Positions 23,570-63,264 of a DNA stretch of 64,000 bases are shown in pieces (positions within the stretch are counted from its first letter, which is position 1; each line of letters opens with the position of its first letter). The notes beneath the pieces are model-generated. The model had not been told where the DNA came from, did not search any database, and saw nothing but the letters and a program-made list of their open reading frames with translations. This stretch comes from Anolis carolinensis (taxonomy: Eukaryota). The stretch lies in the NCBI RefSeq assembly GCF_035594765.1, contig NW_026943826.1, forward strand, positions 13,433,325-13,497,324, in the 5' to 3' direction. A program made the position numbers and the translations under genes.

Positions 23570-24210
23570 CCTAATTAACTTGACTATCTCATTGGCCAGA
23601 AACAGGACCACACTTCCCATTGAAATTCTGATAAATGTATGTTGGGTTAAAATTGTTTTTATTTTTAAATATTGTATTGTTCTTTCATTGTTCTTGTTGT
23701 CGTCGTTGTTTTTGCACTACAAATAAGACATATGCAGGGTGCATAGGAATTTGTTCATTTTTTTTTTCTTCAAATGATCATTCGGCCCCTCAACAGTCTG
23801 AAGGATTGTGGACCGGCCCTCGGATTAAAAAGTTTGAGGACCCCTGGTCAAAAACATCTGGGGACCCAGGTTGAGAACCACCTATCTAAGAGGACCAGTA
23901 TGGTCACACTCCGCCTGTCCAGTTCCCACGTAGGTCATCCACCAAGGCCACCAAGGCCATTCCCGTCTCCTGTCCCAGCCTGAAACCGGATCGAAATGGA
24001 TCTAGAATGATGGAGAAACCAGGAGGAACTTACCAGCAACATTAAAGCTCGTGTGACAAAATTAGTAAACCGCATGATTCTGGATTGTGGGACTCCTTGG
24101 GGGATGTGAGTCCTTGCGATATCGTAACACACTCCCCGTACAAATAGGAAGACCAGGACGAAAACGCTCAAATATGACACCAGCGTCCATAGAAGCGAAG
24201 CCAACAGCAT
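19436..24210 (-). CDS. AADACL3/AADACL4-like gene C (410 aa; canonical HGG / GDSSGG / D / H)
   Basis: Exons 24210-24034, 22517-22301, 21425-21362, 20210-19436 (177/217/64/775), GT-AG; IHGGVG, CGDSSGG, EYDVLRDD, GFHG; TATAAA ~85 bp upstream. Confidence 0.92.
20487..20958 (+). mobile_element. Non-autonomous Helitron (terminal CTAG missing)
   Basis: A|TCTATATATATAAAAGAGTGATGG...CCACAGCAACGGGTGGCCGGGCACAGC. Confidence 0.75.
22909..23383 (-). mobile_element. Non-autonomous Helitron
   Basis: Reverse complement of the 20487 copy, with intact TC and CTAG ends. Confidence 0.8.
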
Positions 24211-24829
24211 TCCTTCGGCTCTGCGGCGACGGAGATATCTCCTCTCGTCCCGGGAAACTTCAGAGGTTCAGCCTCAGCTCAACCCGTCCCACGTTTATAG
24301 CAAGTCGGTCGACAAGAGACGGGAACCAGGAGTGGCAAACGTGTAGCCCTTGCCTTCTGTGCGGTTGCAATTCTCTTTAAATAGGGATTAGTACGATTCA
24401 TCAAGGCTAATTAGTTATTTCATCAAAGTTACGAGAGCAACGTCCTTTGAATTGCAAACGAGGGAGCTTTTCGCAATGCTCGTTGCGATCCAAATACTTG
24501 GCGCCTGAACACAGTCTGCTCCCTCGTTAAGCCTCCGTGGGAAGGGATTTCGGTTTGCCCCTGTTTCTGGAAACCGGTGTGCAAAGATGACCTCGATCTT
24601 TCATCCGCATGGAACAAATATTGGTACAACCACACCCAGGAATAAGGTGACCCGGTGATATAGATCAGTGGTTTCCAACCTGTGGTTCACGAACCACCAG
24701 TGGTCCACAAGAATGAAACTATAGTCCACGGCCTCAACTTTACTACACCATTGTGTCAAAACCACACAGCAACTAGAGCAACTGGTCTTGTGAAACATTC
24801 TTATAGTGCCGAGGTGACTGGGATGTCGG

Positions 24830-25580
24830 TCCCTGGTCAAAGAAGTCCATGATCAAAGTGGTTCCTGGTCAAGTGGTTCCTGGTCAAATTGGTCCCTGGT
24901 CAAGTGGTTCCTGGTCAAATTGGTCCCTGGACGAAGTGGTTCCTGGTCAAGTGGTTCCTGGTCAAATTGGTCCCTGGACGAAGTGGTTCCTGGTCAAGTG
25001 GTTCCTGGTCAAATTGGTCCCTGGACAAAGTGGTTCCTGGTCAAATTGGTCCCTGGACAAAGTGGTTCCTGGTCAAGTGGTTCCTGGTCAAATTGGTCCC
25101 TGGACGAAGTGGTTCCTGGTCAAGTGGTTCCTGGTCAAATTGGTCCCTGGACAAAGTGGTTCCTGGTCAAATTGGTCCCTGGACAAAGTGGTTCCTGGTC
25201 AAGTGGTTCCTGGTCAAATTGGTCCCTGGACGAAGTGGTTTCTGGTCAAAGTGGTCTCTGGTCAAAGAGGTCCCTGGTCAAGTGGTCCCTGGTCAAACTG
25301 GTTCCTGGTCAAAGTAGTCCCTGGTAAAACTGGTCCCTGGTCAAAGTGGTTCCTGGTCAAAGTAGTCCCTGGTGCATCTACCAAGCTTGTAACTCTATGG
25401 AGAAAAGAGATGAGATGTGTCTGGCAGGACTTGTTCTTGAGGAATCCATGTTGACTTTTAGCAATCACAGCATTCCTTCCTAAGTGATTGTAGGCTGCCT
25501 CGTCCATGATGTCCCTGGTTAAAGTGGTTCCTGGTCAAAGCGGTTCCTGGTCAAAGTGGTCCCTGGTCAAAGAGGTCCCT
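24830..25580. repeat. 15/16-bp tandem repeat (GGTTCCTGGTCAAGT / GGTCCCTGGTCAAATT) interrupted by a CR1 fragment
   Basis: Directly visible array; it produces spurious repetitive ORFs in all three + frames. Confidence 0.9.
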
Positions 25581-25850
25581 GATTACCAAGCTTGTAACTC
25601 TCTCGAGAAAAGAGATGAGATGTGTCTGGCAGGACTTGTTCTTGAGAAATCCATGCTGACTTTGAGCAACCACAGCATTCCTTCCTAAGTGATTGTAGGC
25701 TGCCTCGTCCATGACCTGCTCCAGGATCTTTCCTGGTCTTGATGTCAGGCTGATCGGACATCATTCATGGTTTGGATCTTCCTTTTTCCCCCTTCTTGGA
25801 GATAGATCGGGACAACATTGGCCCTTTTCCAGTCTGCTGGGACTTTCCCC
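25375..25850 (-). mobile_element. CR1-type LINE reverse transcriptase fragments (duplicated)
   Basis: Translates as SQHGFLKNKSCQTHLISF (CR1/L2 RT motif QHGF...SC.TNL..F); two copies at ~25375-25510 and ~25585-25850. Confidence 0.7.
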
Positions 25851-27476
25851 GTTTCCTGGATTACGAGGAAATCTGAAGACGAGCCAGAGCAAGTTCAACC
25901 ACAAGGAGGCAGTAAGATCATATCCTACTAACCTGAGAGGGAAATCTCATGTCAACATTGCCTCCTATGACTCCAACACCATGTTTTAGTTCCACCTCGG
26001 ATTTGTTATAAGAAGTAAACCAGCCATGTTTGTTTACCCTGTGATAACTATGGAAAGAGCAAGTACGTCTTGAGGACAAGAGCTATATTGTCCAAGTAGA
26101 CGAGCCCAAGGCGATTTACACAACGGGGGGGAAAACATCATTCTTCAATTCACCTATAAGCTGTATTTGGAGATACAATCTCTCTGAGAGCCACATAAAG
26201 TCCTAAGCGGTCTTGGAATGCGATCCAAGGGAGCTTTAAAGTTTTTAATTGTGTACATGGAAGTATTGCATAGTTTGGAATTGTGTAAGTATAAGCATTG
26301 TTGTTGTTGAGTGCCTTCAAGTGATTTCTAACCTACACCGTGCTTAAGGTGAACTTAGCAAAGTGTTTTCTTGGCAGGATTTCTTTGGAAGGCGTTTCCC
26401 TCTGACCATAAGGATTATATGGCAGTGTAGGCATACAATTTAGTTCAATGCGGTCAAGATGGATTCTGAAATTGCGTTATGTGTCAGTGTAGATCCAGAC
26501 TGAGAGAGTGTGCCACCTAATGGTTTACATGGTTTGAATGGGGATTTGAACCTGAGTTTCTATATATGATATATTAGGGCTGTGCAAAGCTTCGGAGGTC
26601 CGTTTCATCATTTGGAAATTCGTATGACTCGTTACTACAAATCTCCAAATTACTAATCTATAGAAATGTGCGATCCATTAAAAAAATGGTTCAAGGGTCA
26701 TTACAAAAATTAGGGTACGCAGACATTTTATTTCTAAAGTGTTTCTAAAATTGTTAGTGAAAAACTCGTTACTATACCGAGAGCAACGAAATTTCGTTAT
26801 TTTTCCGTTATCGCAATTGCGCATGTGGGGAAATTTGGGGTGCTTTCTCCCTCGTTTTTACACCTATTGGAGTGAAACTTGCTACAGTGGTAGAACACAT
26901 TGTCCATTGTTTGCCCACCAAATTTCAGAACATTTTGCTTATCCATGAATTTTTGATGAATTTTTATTTTTTTTATAAACAACATTTTTTAAAAGAAAAC
27001 TACAGGAGCGATCTCCTTGTTAATAGAAGTAATCAATAAGCAGAGTATCTACCTATGTGGTTATGGGAGTTCCAGCACTCAAAAGCCGTCTTACTTGGAG
27101 AGCAGCATTGTGCAAGGAAGTACTTAAAGTAGATGTCAACAACAGGGTTTATGGGATTCTCGATGGAGCAATGTAATATTTTCCTTCCCAGACCCAGTTT
27201 GATTACAAATGGAAAGACACCTGCTAATCTATCTATATGAAAATGTATTGTCAGTTTGTAGGACTGAGTTAACAAAACAAAAAAAAACCCACTGGAGCAA
27301 ATGCCACCAGATTTGGCCACAATACACCAACACATCCAAGGTATGACCTCCACTCAAAAAGACCTAAACAAATAAACAGGAATGGATAGCCTTGCAGCTT
27401 CAAAGCCTGGCTGCTTCTCAATACTTTATTTGCCATACCACCAGACTATGCCAAAGCAATGCGTGGCCGGGCACAG

Positions 27477-27515
<39 letters not shown>

Positions 27516-28837
27516 AATTCGCAGCGTAGCAGCAGTTGTATGTTGTCAATTGGAGCACAGAACGAAGAGACGTCAGAAATGATGTTAAAAATATATGCAA
27601 AGCTTTAATGTACAAGACAAAACAGAATTGCAGACGAACACAGGCTTGGCTTTCACTCTAGGCAGACACAAACTCAGAACAGAGCAAGATCTCAACTGAA
27701 CGCAATCAGCAATGTACAAACACACACNNNNNNNNNNNNNNNNNNNNNNNNNNNNNNNNNNNNNNNNNNNNNNNNNNNNNNNNNNNNNNNNNNNNNNNNN
27801 NNNNNNNNNNNNNNNNNNNNNNNNNNNNNNNNNNNNNNNNNNNNNNNNNNNNNNNNNNNNNNNNGAGTCAACAACAAAACCACTGGACCAAATTGCACCA
27901 AATTTGGCCACAAAACTAATCACTTTCCAAGGAGTGGCCATCAAAAAAAAAAGAAAGAAAACAGAGACAAGGCTAGAAAAATCCCTCAAAATAAAATTAA
28001 AAACACTATGCACATGTACAAGAAGAAAATGGCCAGGCTTTGAGGCTGCGAGGCTATTCCACTTGACCAACAAAGGATTCCCATACGCCACAGCAACACG
28101 TGGCCAGGCACAGTGAGTTTAAGCTAAAATTGCTGAAAATGAAGAGAATTTTATGAAAATGTGCCAGTTTAGAGTACCTAAATCAGCAGTATTTACTAGC
28201 TAGTGCTCTTAGGGTGAAAAGGGAGGGACCAAGGTGTGGTTGGGAAGGAACGCATAATTCCTTAATAGCGTTAAAACTCGCCAGCGTTGCATTTCTGGGA
28301 GAGCAGACGTTGGGAAAAATCAGCTGCAATTATATAGGAACTCGGATGACCTGAGCGTAGTGTAATAACGAACCGGTTGAGAACTCGAGTTGAAAGTCTA
28401 TATAAACAGGTGATAGTGATGTTATGAATAGTCATCCTGCATTATGTGGTTAGCTGTCAGCCTGGCTGCGACAAACTCAGCATAAATATGCTCATGATTA
28501 AATTTACATGCATGTAATTGAGACAGATTGGAAGCGACAAGGCGCTTCTTTCCAAATTGCGCGACAGGTTGATGGTATCAGAAAGATACGGCTCTGTCGA
28601 GAACTCGCAGCGCGGAGGGAAACGGATCGTTCAGCCCCCATTGAAAGTCATCGAGCACTTTCTCTTCCTCTGCCGGAAAATAACACTATGTTCCTGGGTT
28701 ATAAATGTCATTTAGTCGTTGGTTCTACCATAAAAAACATGGAAAATGTTGATTAAACTTTTTAAAAAACTGGGAGATCCTGCAATAGCACATTTTGAAG
28801 GAATATCTCACCATTGATTCTCAACCATTTCCACATA

Positions 28838-29646
28838 CCGTATATACTCGGGTATAAGCCAAGTTTTTCAGCGTTTTTTTATGAACGAAAAGCCGCCCTC
28901 GGCTTATACTCGAGTGAAGGTCCAGGTCGGCTTATACTTGAGTATACAGGTAATTAGAGTTGGACAGTCTTATTAAAGTCTTATTATTACAGTTTTATGT
29001 AAATATTCAAAAACATTTAACCTACCAATGCCTTAATTAATGTAATTTTATCGGTATCTATTTTTATCTTTGAAATTTACTGGTAACTGCTATACAGTAG
29101 AGTCTCACTTATCCAACATAAACGGGCCGGCAGAATGTTGGATAAGCGAATATGTTGGATAATAAGGAGGCATTAAGGAAAAGCCTATTAAACATCAAAT
29201 TAGGTTATGATTTTACAAATGAAACACCAAAACATCATGTTAGACAACAAATTTGGCAGAAAGAGTAGTTCAATAGTAAAGTAGTAATGCTATGTAGTAA
29301 TTACTGTATTTACTAATTTAGCACCAAAATATCACGATATATTGAAAACATTAACTACAAAAATGCGTTGGATAATCCAGAACATTGGATAAGCGAGTGT
29401 TGGATAAGTGAGACTCTACTGTATCTTAAATTACAGTTTTATGTAAATATACAAAAATGTTTAACCTACCGATGTCTTAATTAATGTAATTTTATCGGTA
29501 TCTATTTTTATTTTTGAAATTTACTGGTAACTGCTACATTTCCCACCCTCATCTTATACTCGAGTCAACACGTTTTCCCGTTTTTTTGTGGTAAAATTAG
29601 TTTCCTCGGCTTATATTCGGGTTGGCTTATACTCGAGTATACACAG
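28838..29646. mobile_element. Tc1/mariner-like MITE (CCGTATATACTCG TIR) with nested MITE 29095-29421
   Basis: TA|CCGTATATACTCGGGTATAAGCC ... GGCTTATACTCGAGTATACACAG|TA. Confidence 0.7.
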
Positions 29647-29719
29647 TAGTTTGCAGCAGACACAAAAAAACAAGATTTCCAGAGTAGAACAACCCACTTC
29701 TTTCTGCACTGACCCGTTC

Positions 29720-32700
29720 TTATAGGCATTTTATAAAATTTATTAAATAACGGAAATTCGGGCGGGTGCACTTGAATTCAAATGGCCCAAAGTCAATGAG
29801 AAACATCATCCCGTGAAAGCCGTCCTTGACGTGATGCCACGTCACGGGGACGCCGTTGTCCTCGAGACGTTTCTTGTACAAGAGCCCGTCGTCTCGGACG
29901 ACGTCGTATTCGCAGGTTAGTAAGAAAGTCTCGGGGAGCCGGCGGACCACGTCGTCCTCTGCCAAAAGTGGAGAAAACATTGGCTGGAAGCCTTCTTTGT
30001 ACAACTCGTAAAGTTCCTCACAAAATGGGACGGGCTCCAACGGGACGTAGCCCCTGGCCTTGAATTCATCTGGGATGTGGTCGGCGCTCACCCACTTCTT
30101 GTATTTCGCCAACAAGTCCTGGGGCACGTGGGCGTTCTTCATCAGGCCATCCACTTTGGCTAGCCTTCCCGTCAGGTACGTCACTCCCAATTGGATGGCC
30201 CGCTTCTTAAACAAAACGGGGATCGAGTGGTTTTGTTGATAAGAAGGCAGGTTGAAGTCCACGGCCTGGAGGAACGGGTAGATGAGGATCTGGGCGCGGA
30301 GCTTCGGGAGGTCCTTCTTTGTCGCCAGATGTTGACAAACGGCGGCAGCAAATGTGCCTCCGCTGCTGTCTCCGCAAACGGCAATGCGATTCGGGTCCAC
30401 TCCGTATTTTGTTGCGTTTCTCAAGAAGTGTATGGTCGCCGTGCAGCAGTCCAGAACCGGGACCGGGAAAGGATGCTCTGGAGCGAGGCGAAACCTGAAA
30501 CAGAAACCAGAAAATACTTGAACCCATAAATCTTTATGATGCATTCTGAGAAATGCAATTTTTAGTTTCCACGTAAGACGTGGAAAAAGTTGGTTCTCGC
30601 AGAAGCAGAGGCAGCAGGAGGACATTTTTTGCTCCCTGGCTTCAGGTAGGATTTGGCTAAGATTTGGCTAAGATTTGAAACTGAGTGTGGGCTTGGCTCC
30701 TGTGGTCAAAGTCTAACTGTTGTGTGACTGTTGTGTTGAAAGAGAGCCAGGTACTTGACTGACAGCAGCCATTGTCCCCTGTTAATTGGGTGCCTGGGAA
30801 AGCTATATTTGCCAGTGTTGCACCCGATTTCCTGCTTCTTAGCGGGGGATTGGACTGGATGGCCCATGAGGTCTCTTCCAACTCTACTATTCTATGATTC
30901 TATCTTTGAGGGCCTCATATTCCATGGAGTTTATGCTGGGTGGTTTTTGGTTGATGCTAAACACATTCAGTACCCATTGAAAGTCATCAAGTACCTTCTC
31001 TTTCTCTACCAGAGATCATTACTATGTTCCTGATATATCAATGTCATTTCCTAATTGGTTCTAAAAGTAAAGGTAAAGGTTTCCCCTGACATTAAGTCTA
31101 GTCGAGACTGACTCTCGGGGTTGGTGCTCATCTCCATTTCTAAGCCGAAGAGCCGGCGTTGTCCGTAGACACCTCTAAGGGTCATGTGGCCACTGGCATG
31201 ACTGCATGGAGCACCGTTACCTTTCCGCCAGAGCATTACTCACATTTGCATGTTTTCGTACTGCTAGGCTGTCAGAAGCTGGGGCTAACAGTGGGAGCTC
31301 ACCCTGCTCCTTGGATTCGAGCCACCAACCTTTCGGTCAGCAAGTTAAGCAGCTCATAGTGTGGGACACAGCTTTCGTGACACCTCGCTGCTCGAACAAG
31401 GGATTCCTTTGCAACCCAGACCCCAAATGAAACGTGATGCCACTTACCCAACACATACAACCACGGAATCACTTCTCCGGGAAATGTAGCGATTCACCCT
31501 TTCGTAAGCTTCTGAAAAACAGGAGAGTTTTCTGACTATTTAAGAAAGACGCCAATACTCCCTATCGAAATCGGTTCCCTGAGGGAACTGTTCCAAGCCT
31601 TTGCTAGTTTTGGACAATAGTACGGTGTCATCTGTGTAACGTAAATTACAGTATGTAACTCAAATTTTTGTTCCTGGGCTATCAACGTCATTTCCTAATT
31701 GGTTCCATCTCAACCAATTCAACCTAATTTGTGCTATGGAATATAAATAGATAACCGTAGGACATACTGATGCTTCCAAACAACCCAACGCCTCCATGGA
31801 GATAGACCATTCCTCTTCTGTTCCCGGAAGACTCTGTTTTAGGCCAATACACTCGCACAGGAACGCCGTCGAAAAGCAGATCCTTGATGATCAATGCCGA
31901 GTTCTTCCTTAATGGCGGTATCCCATTACACATAGTCCTCCAGGCTGTATACCTTCGGCAAATACCGAGTTTCTCATACAAGATTCCCTATTTGTAAAAG
32001 GAATGGGAAATAATTTGCAGTTACATTTACTTCACATCAAATGAATGAATTTTATTATTACTGTCAAGGAGCAGGTAGCTATATATATATATATCACATA
32101 CATATACCTAGACATGACTATATAATGTGTATATATTTAAATATCTATCTATCTATATATATATATATATATATATCACACACACACATGTATGCATGAC
32201 TATATAATATATATATGTCACACACATATACATGTATATATATACACATATACAAATACATATTCATATACATGACTATAATATGTATATATTACACACA
32301 TATACATATACATATACATGACTATAATATATATATATTAGACATGTCTGAAAAATCGTTTTGAATCGTATATCGGAATTATTTTGGATTGTTCTCGCTT
32401 TTTGATACGCATTCCAAGACATTGTCTCACAGCACAACCAGCAATGTAATTCAAACCATTGTTGGACCATTCTCTAATTGACTCTTAATGTTTAGTTAAT
32501 TTCCCCCCCGCCCAAAAAAATTTTTTAATATATTTTTTAAAATATTTTTTAATTTTTGTTTTGTTTCTGCAAACTACCTTGAAGCTTCCACGATGGACGC
32601 AAAGGTGGGGGTTAACGTCCTCTGCGTCCACATGGAAGATTGCCACACAAGCCCGGTGTGTAGCGATTGCGCATGCGCGTCTGCCATTTTAGAAACATTT

Positions 32701-33240
32701 AGAATCATTACGAATTTTCGGAAATATCTGAAATTTTTGGGTGAAAAAATCGGAAATACTTTCTATATTGAAGCGCCAGCGCCCCCTACTTTAGAAACGA
32801 GAATTGAAACATTTTNNNNNNNNNNNNNNNNNNNNNNNNNNNNNNNNNNNNNNNNNNNNNNNNNNNNNNNNNNNNNNNNNNNNNNNNNNNNNNNNNNNNN
32901 NNNNNNNNNNNNNNNNNNNNNNNNNNNNNNNNNNNNNNNNNNNNTGTATATATTACACATATATACACAGACATATATATATACATATACATAACTATAC
33001 ACACACACATATATATATACGCATACATACATATACATATACATGAAATTGGGGGGAACTTACCAGCCTGAGCGCATAATTCGAAAGGAAATTGTAGAAG
33101 CGCAGTTTGGTGTATTCCTGGATCCCCGTGGGGACGTGTGTCCTGGTGATGTCGTAATATATCCCCCAGGCCAGAAGCAAGAACAGGGCGGAAAGGCTGA
33201 GGTAGGAGACGAGACCCCAGAGCGCTGAGCCGAGCTCCAT
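29720..33240 (-). CDS. AADACL3/AADACL4-like gene D (411 aa; canonical HGG / GDSSGG / D / H)
   Basis: Exons 33240-33064, 31987-31768, 31511-31448, 30494-29720 (177/220/64/775), GT-AG; YLHGGVG, CGDSSGG, EYDVVRDD, GFHG. Confidence 0.92.
30845..30903 (+). mobile_element. CR1 LINE 3' terminus
   Basis: TTGGACTGGATGGCCCATGAGGTCTCTTCCAACTC followed by ATTCTATGATTCTAT tail. Confidence 0.7.
31065..31345 (-). mobile_element. Sauria SINE
   Basis: (ACCTTT)n tail and GACTTAATGTCAGGGGAAA core on the minus strand; related SINE pieces at ~8555-8700, 12835-12915, 41565-41820, 42170-42345, 44210-44450. Confidence 0.8.
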
Positions 33241-34199
33241 GCCGACGTCGGGCGGAAGGAGGACCGCCTCTCATCCCGGGAGCCTCTCTTCTGAGCGAGA
33301 CGTCTCCCCGAGTCTCCCAAGTTATAGTCAAACTTCATCCTCCTCCCACGTAATTATCCCGTTGGGAAAGAAACCGGTTGCTTTAGGAGCTGAACGGCTC
33401 TCCTTGCATTTTTCAGCCTCGGACGGTTTGCTCAGAGTGTCAGTACTTGGCAGCTCGTTGTGCCGCCGTTCCCGTCCCTCCCTACTGTCCATCCTGGATG
33501 ATTGAGCGCTCGCTGCTCGTTTCTGACTGCAATAGAAAAGTCACGTCTCACTCTTGTCTTACAGTTGCACAACCCTGCAAGGTGCTCGACAATGACTCGG
33601 CGGGCGAGCTCGTTTCTGTGGGAAGGGATTCCACCAGGCAACATCCTTTTGTGGTGCAGACATATCTACTTTGACATATATTGCGTCTATCGCCAGGGTG
33701 AGTTGTCGAAATCGTAGAAATCAGGCTGAGAAACACACAATGCGATTGCTTCGGATGTTGCGCAAGGAGTTATCAGTCGCCTCCTTGCGCCGCATCCACC
33801 GCAACTAGCCAATCATCTATATATTTTCCAACGAAAGGCTTTGCGATCCACTTAACGCGAACCCTAGAGAAGATGGATCACGTTGTAACAACGCTCATCT
33901 TGATGCTGTTTCCTTGCGCTCAACATCTGCAAAAATGTTGTATCGCAACTCTGAAAGGATTTTGCACATTTCCCCACGCGAGGCACAATTACCGTAGGAG
34001 ATAAAGCCGGTAGATTAGCAAGTATGATGATGGAATATGTCAAGAGATGACAACGAATGTCCTCAACAATTAATCAGCTTAATGAATTTGTCAATAAATT
34101 AAACAGTAGGTTGATGGTAATCCGAAGAGCGCAATGGGAGGTCATGGGTGTGGCATCATCTTTCCGGATTAATATTTTTAATTCCAGGTAGTGTCATTT

Positions 34200-35010
34200 A
34201 CACATACACATATATATGGCTGTGTGATCGATGGAAAAATATTTCTAAACTCATTACTAAATTCTAAAGTGTTTCTATAGTGTCGGTTGCGAAAATTACG
34301 TTACCGTAACGAGAGTAACAAAATTTGGTGACTTGTTCGCTCTCGTAATTGCGCAAGTTTACATACACACATATATATAGGGCTTTGTGATCAATGGAAA
34401 AATATTTCAAAACTTATTACTAAATTCTAAAGTGTTTCTACAGTGTCGTTCGCGAAAATTACGTTACCGTAACGAGAGTAACAAAATTTGGTGACTTGTT
34501 CGCTCTCGTAATTGAGCGAGTTTACATACACACATATATATAGGGCTTTGTGATCGATGGAAAAATATTTCTAAACTCATGACTAAATTCTAAATTGTTT
34601 CTACAGTGTCGTTCGCGAAAATTATGTTACCGTAACAAGAGTAACGAAATTTGGTGACTTTTTCGCTCTAGTAATTGTGCATGTTTACACATACACACAC
34701 ATATATATGGCTTTGTGATTGATGGAAAAATATTTCTAAACTCATTATTAAATTCTAAAGTGTTTCTACAGTGTCGTTCGCGAAAATTACATTACCGTAA
34801 CGAGAGTAATGAAAATTGGTGACTTTTTCGCTCTCTTAATTGCGCAAGTTTCACACACACATATATAGGGCTTTGTGATCGATGGAAAAATATTTCTAAA
34901 CTCATTACTAAATTCTAAATTGTTTCTAAAGTGTATTTTGTGAACATTTCATTACCGTAACGAGAGTAACGAAATTTCATGACTTTTTAGTTCCCGTAAT
35001 TGCACAAGTA
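34200..35010. repeat. ~163-bp tandem repeat (about 5 units) derived from a hAT-MITE end
   Basis: TAGGGCTTTGTGATCGATGGAAAAATATTTC unit at ~34215, 34378, 34541, ~34707, 34866. Confidence 0.8.
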
Positions 35011-35632
35011 GGGAGACTTCACGGGCTCCTATCTCCCTCGTTTTGACAGCCATTGGTGTGAAATTCACTACAGTGGTAGAACACATTGACCACTCTTAGC
35101 CACTGTTAGGGATTATGGGAGTTGAAGTCCAAAACACCTGGAGGGAGGGCCAAAGTTGGCCCATGCCTGGCTTTTAAAGGAGAGCGGTGTCCAACTTCCA
35201 CTTTATCCAATGGTCAGGAGTTCTGGGAATTGTAGTCCAAACCCTGGAAGACCCAAGGTGTAGAACATCCTAGGTGAGTTGGTCCTCCACGCGGCCCCCT
35301 CGCTTTCTTCATCCCTTTTCTCGTCTCTGCCGGAGGAATTCGCAGATTTCCTGTTGATACAGCTCTCGCAGGAATGCAGATCACACACCAGTTTGACGTC
35401 TCGCTCCAGGCGCCGAAAATTGCCCAACTTCACCTCTGTTCAGCTTAGTGCCCACGTCCTTTTTGCAAAACGGGGACGACCCGAAATGTCTTTTCACGCC
35501 GGTCAGGGTTCGTTGTTTAACTCGTCGTGCCTGGACCTGTTCCACGTCACTTCTTGACTTGCTGGTTATCTGGCTTCAGATCTATGCACAATCGTCGCCT
35601 AATGTTTACATGTGTTTTAAATTGTTGTTTAA

Positions 35633-36851
35633 TTTATTGTCAAACACTTTCATGGACAGAATCACTGGATCACTGTGAGTTTTCCAGGATGTATGGCCAT
35701 GTTCCAGAAGCATTCGTTCCTGACATTTCGCCCACATCTATATATATGTCCACTTACACAGCCTCCACAAACAGCTCAAGTCGAAAATTCAAATTATTAG
35801 ACCACGTCGCCTTCCGGTTTTGGCATTTGCGTAATCCAAACCCCCGTAAGCCTGAAAGAGTGAGGAAATAATCACAGGACTATCCCCATGGCTTCGTTTT
35901 CAAAATGATTTATTAAAATGTCAAATAAAAATTTAAGAACGGGGGAGAATACAAAGTGCGATGGGGGGAGGGGAGAGAGAGAAACACACAGCCGGAGGGG
36001 GAAATTATATTCGACGCACCCGGAAGGAGGAGAATGAACATTGCTTTGCGTGTCCCACTTGTTGGCGCTGCAGAAATGATAAAACGAGGAGCGATAAGTA
36101 GAGCGAAACACTTTTCGTATGACCTACGTCTTACTTCCCTGGACCCTGCATCTATTTTTCTTGCCACAGTAACATAATTTTATTTCTTATCCAGGGGTTT
36201 CAATCCAATTAGTAATTTGGAGATTTGTATTAACACATCATATAAATCTCTGAATTGCAAAACGGACTTCTGAAGCTTTGCACAGCCCTACTTTCTATGC
36301 TTAAACCCAATGGCGAAATCAGTGGGACTTTCCGTTTCAGGTGCTTGTTTTAAGGTTCCACTATCCTGGAATTGTGGGGTCGTTCTTTTATGAGTTAAGG
36401 TAGCTTTTGGGGAGTCGTAATGCGGGTCCCCATTACTTCCTGTGCCCACAACCACCCAAACATTTTGGTTTTTACAAATCGGTATTCGGCCCAAATACAT
36501 TTGATCCAAGTGCCCGGTCCAAACAGCGATGACCTGACTAAAAAAACTCAATAATAATCCCCTTTCAATCCAGTCTTGTGAAGAAAGTGCAAAGAAGAGA
36601 GTACCGGGGGAGCGGGGGGGGGGGGGGAGCGGACAGAGGCAGAAGGAAAACAAATCCATCCTCTCAACAGAGTTCATGAAATGGGAGTCCCGTCCTCTTC
36701 TTCAGAGGAGGGTGAAAAAGCGCTTTCCAAGCGAGCCGAGCACAGGTTGCCGAACCCGGCTGTAATCTCGTTCGCGGATGATGATACGCCAATCCTCACC
36801 GACCCATCTTTGGGGGAACTCTTGGTATCCGGTGGGTTCGGAGATGATTTA
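35633..36851 (-). other. CHD5: Probable CHD5 terminal 3'UTR exon
   Basis: Donor AAAG|GTAAAG at 37030, acceptor TTTCTAG at 36852; candidate AATAAA at 35914-35909 and 35638-35633 (3' end uncertain). Confidence 0.5.
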
Positions 36852-37062
36852 CTAGAAAGGAAGGCATTAAATGAATGAGATGTTGTTAGTTCTTTCGATT
36901 GATTGATTAATTTGGGGGCCCTGATATAATTTGCAAGCCTTTAGTTAGCCAAGCGGTGGGCTCGAAACGGTCTAAGTCAACAAAATAAGCCATGCGACAT
37001 TCGTATCGGAATAAGACGCAGGACTTTACCTTTCGCAGCAATGGGGGAACTCTTGCAAACGG

Positions 37063-63264
<26,202 letters not shown>

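Noticed and set aside
24849-25454. Long repetitive ORFs (VVPGQ/KWFLVK/WSSGSW) and a CRISPR-like look
   Set aside because: They are translations of a 15/16-bp tandem repeat with no unique spacers; vertebrate DNA, no cas genes.
35203-36177. Short ORFs between CHD5 and gene D as an extra gene or KCNAB2 remnant
   Set aside because: No recognisable domain or consistent exon chain; likely 3'UTR/intergenic.
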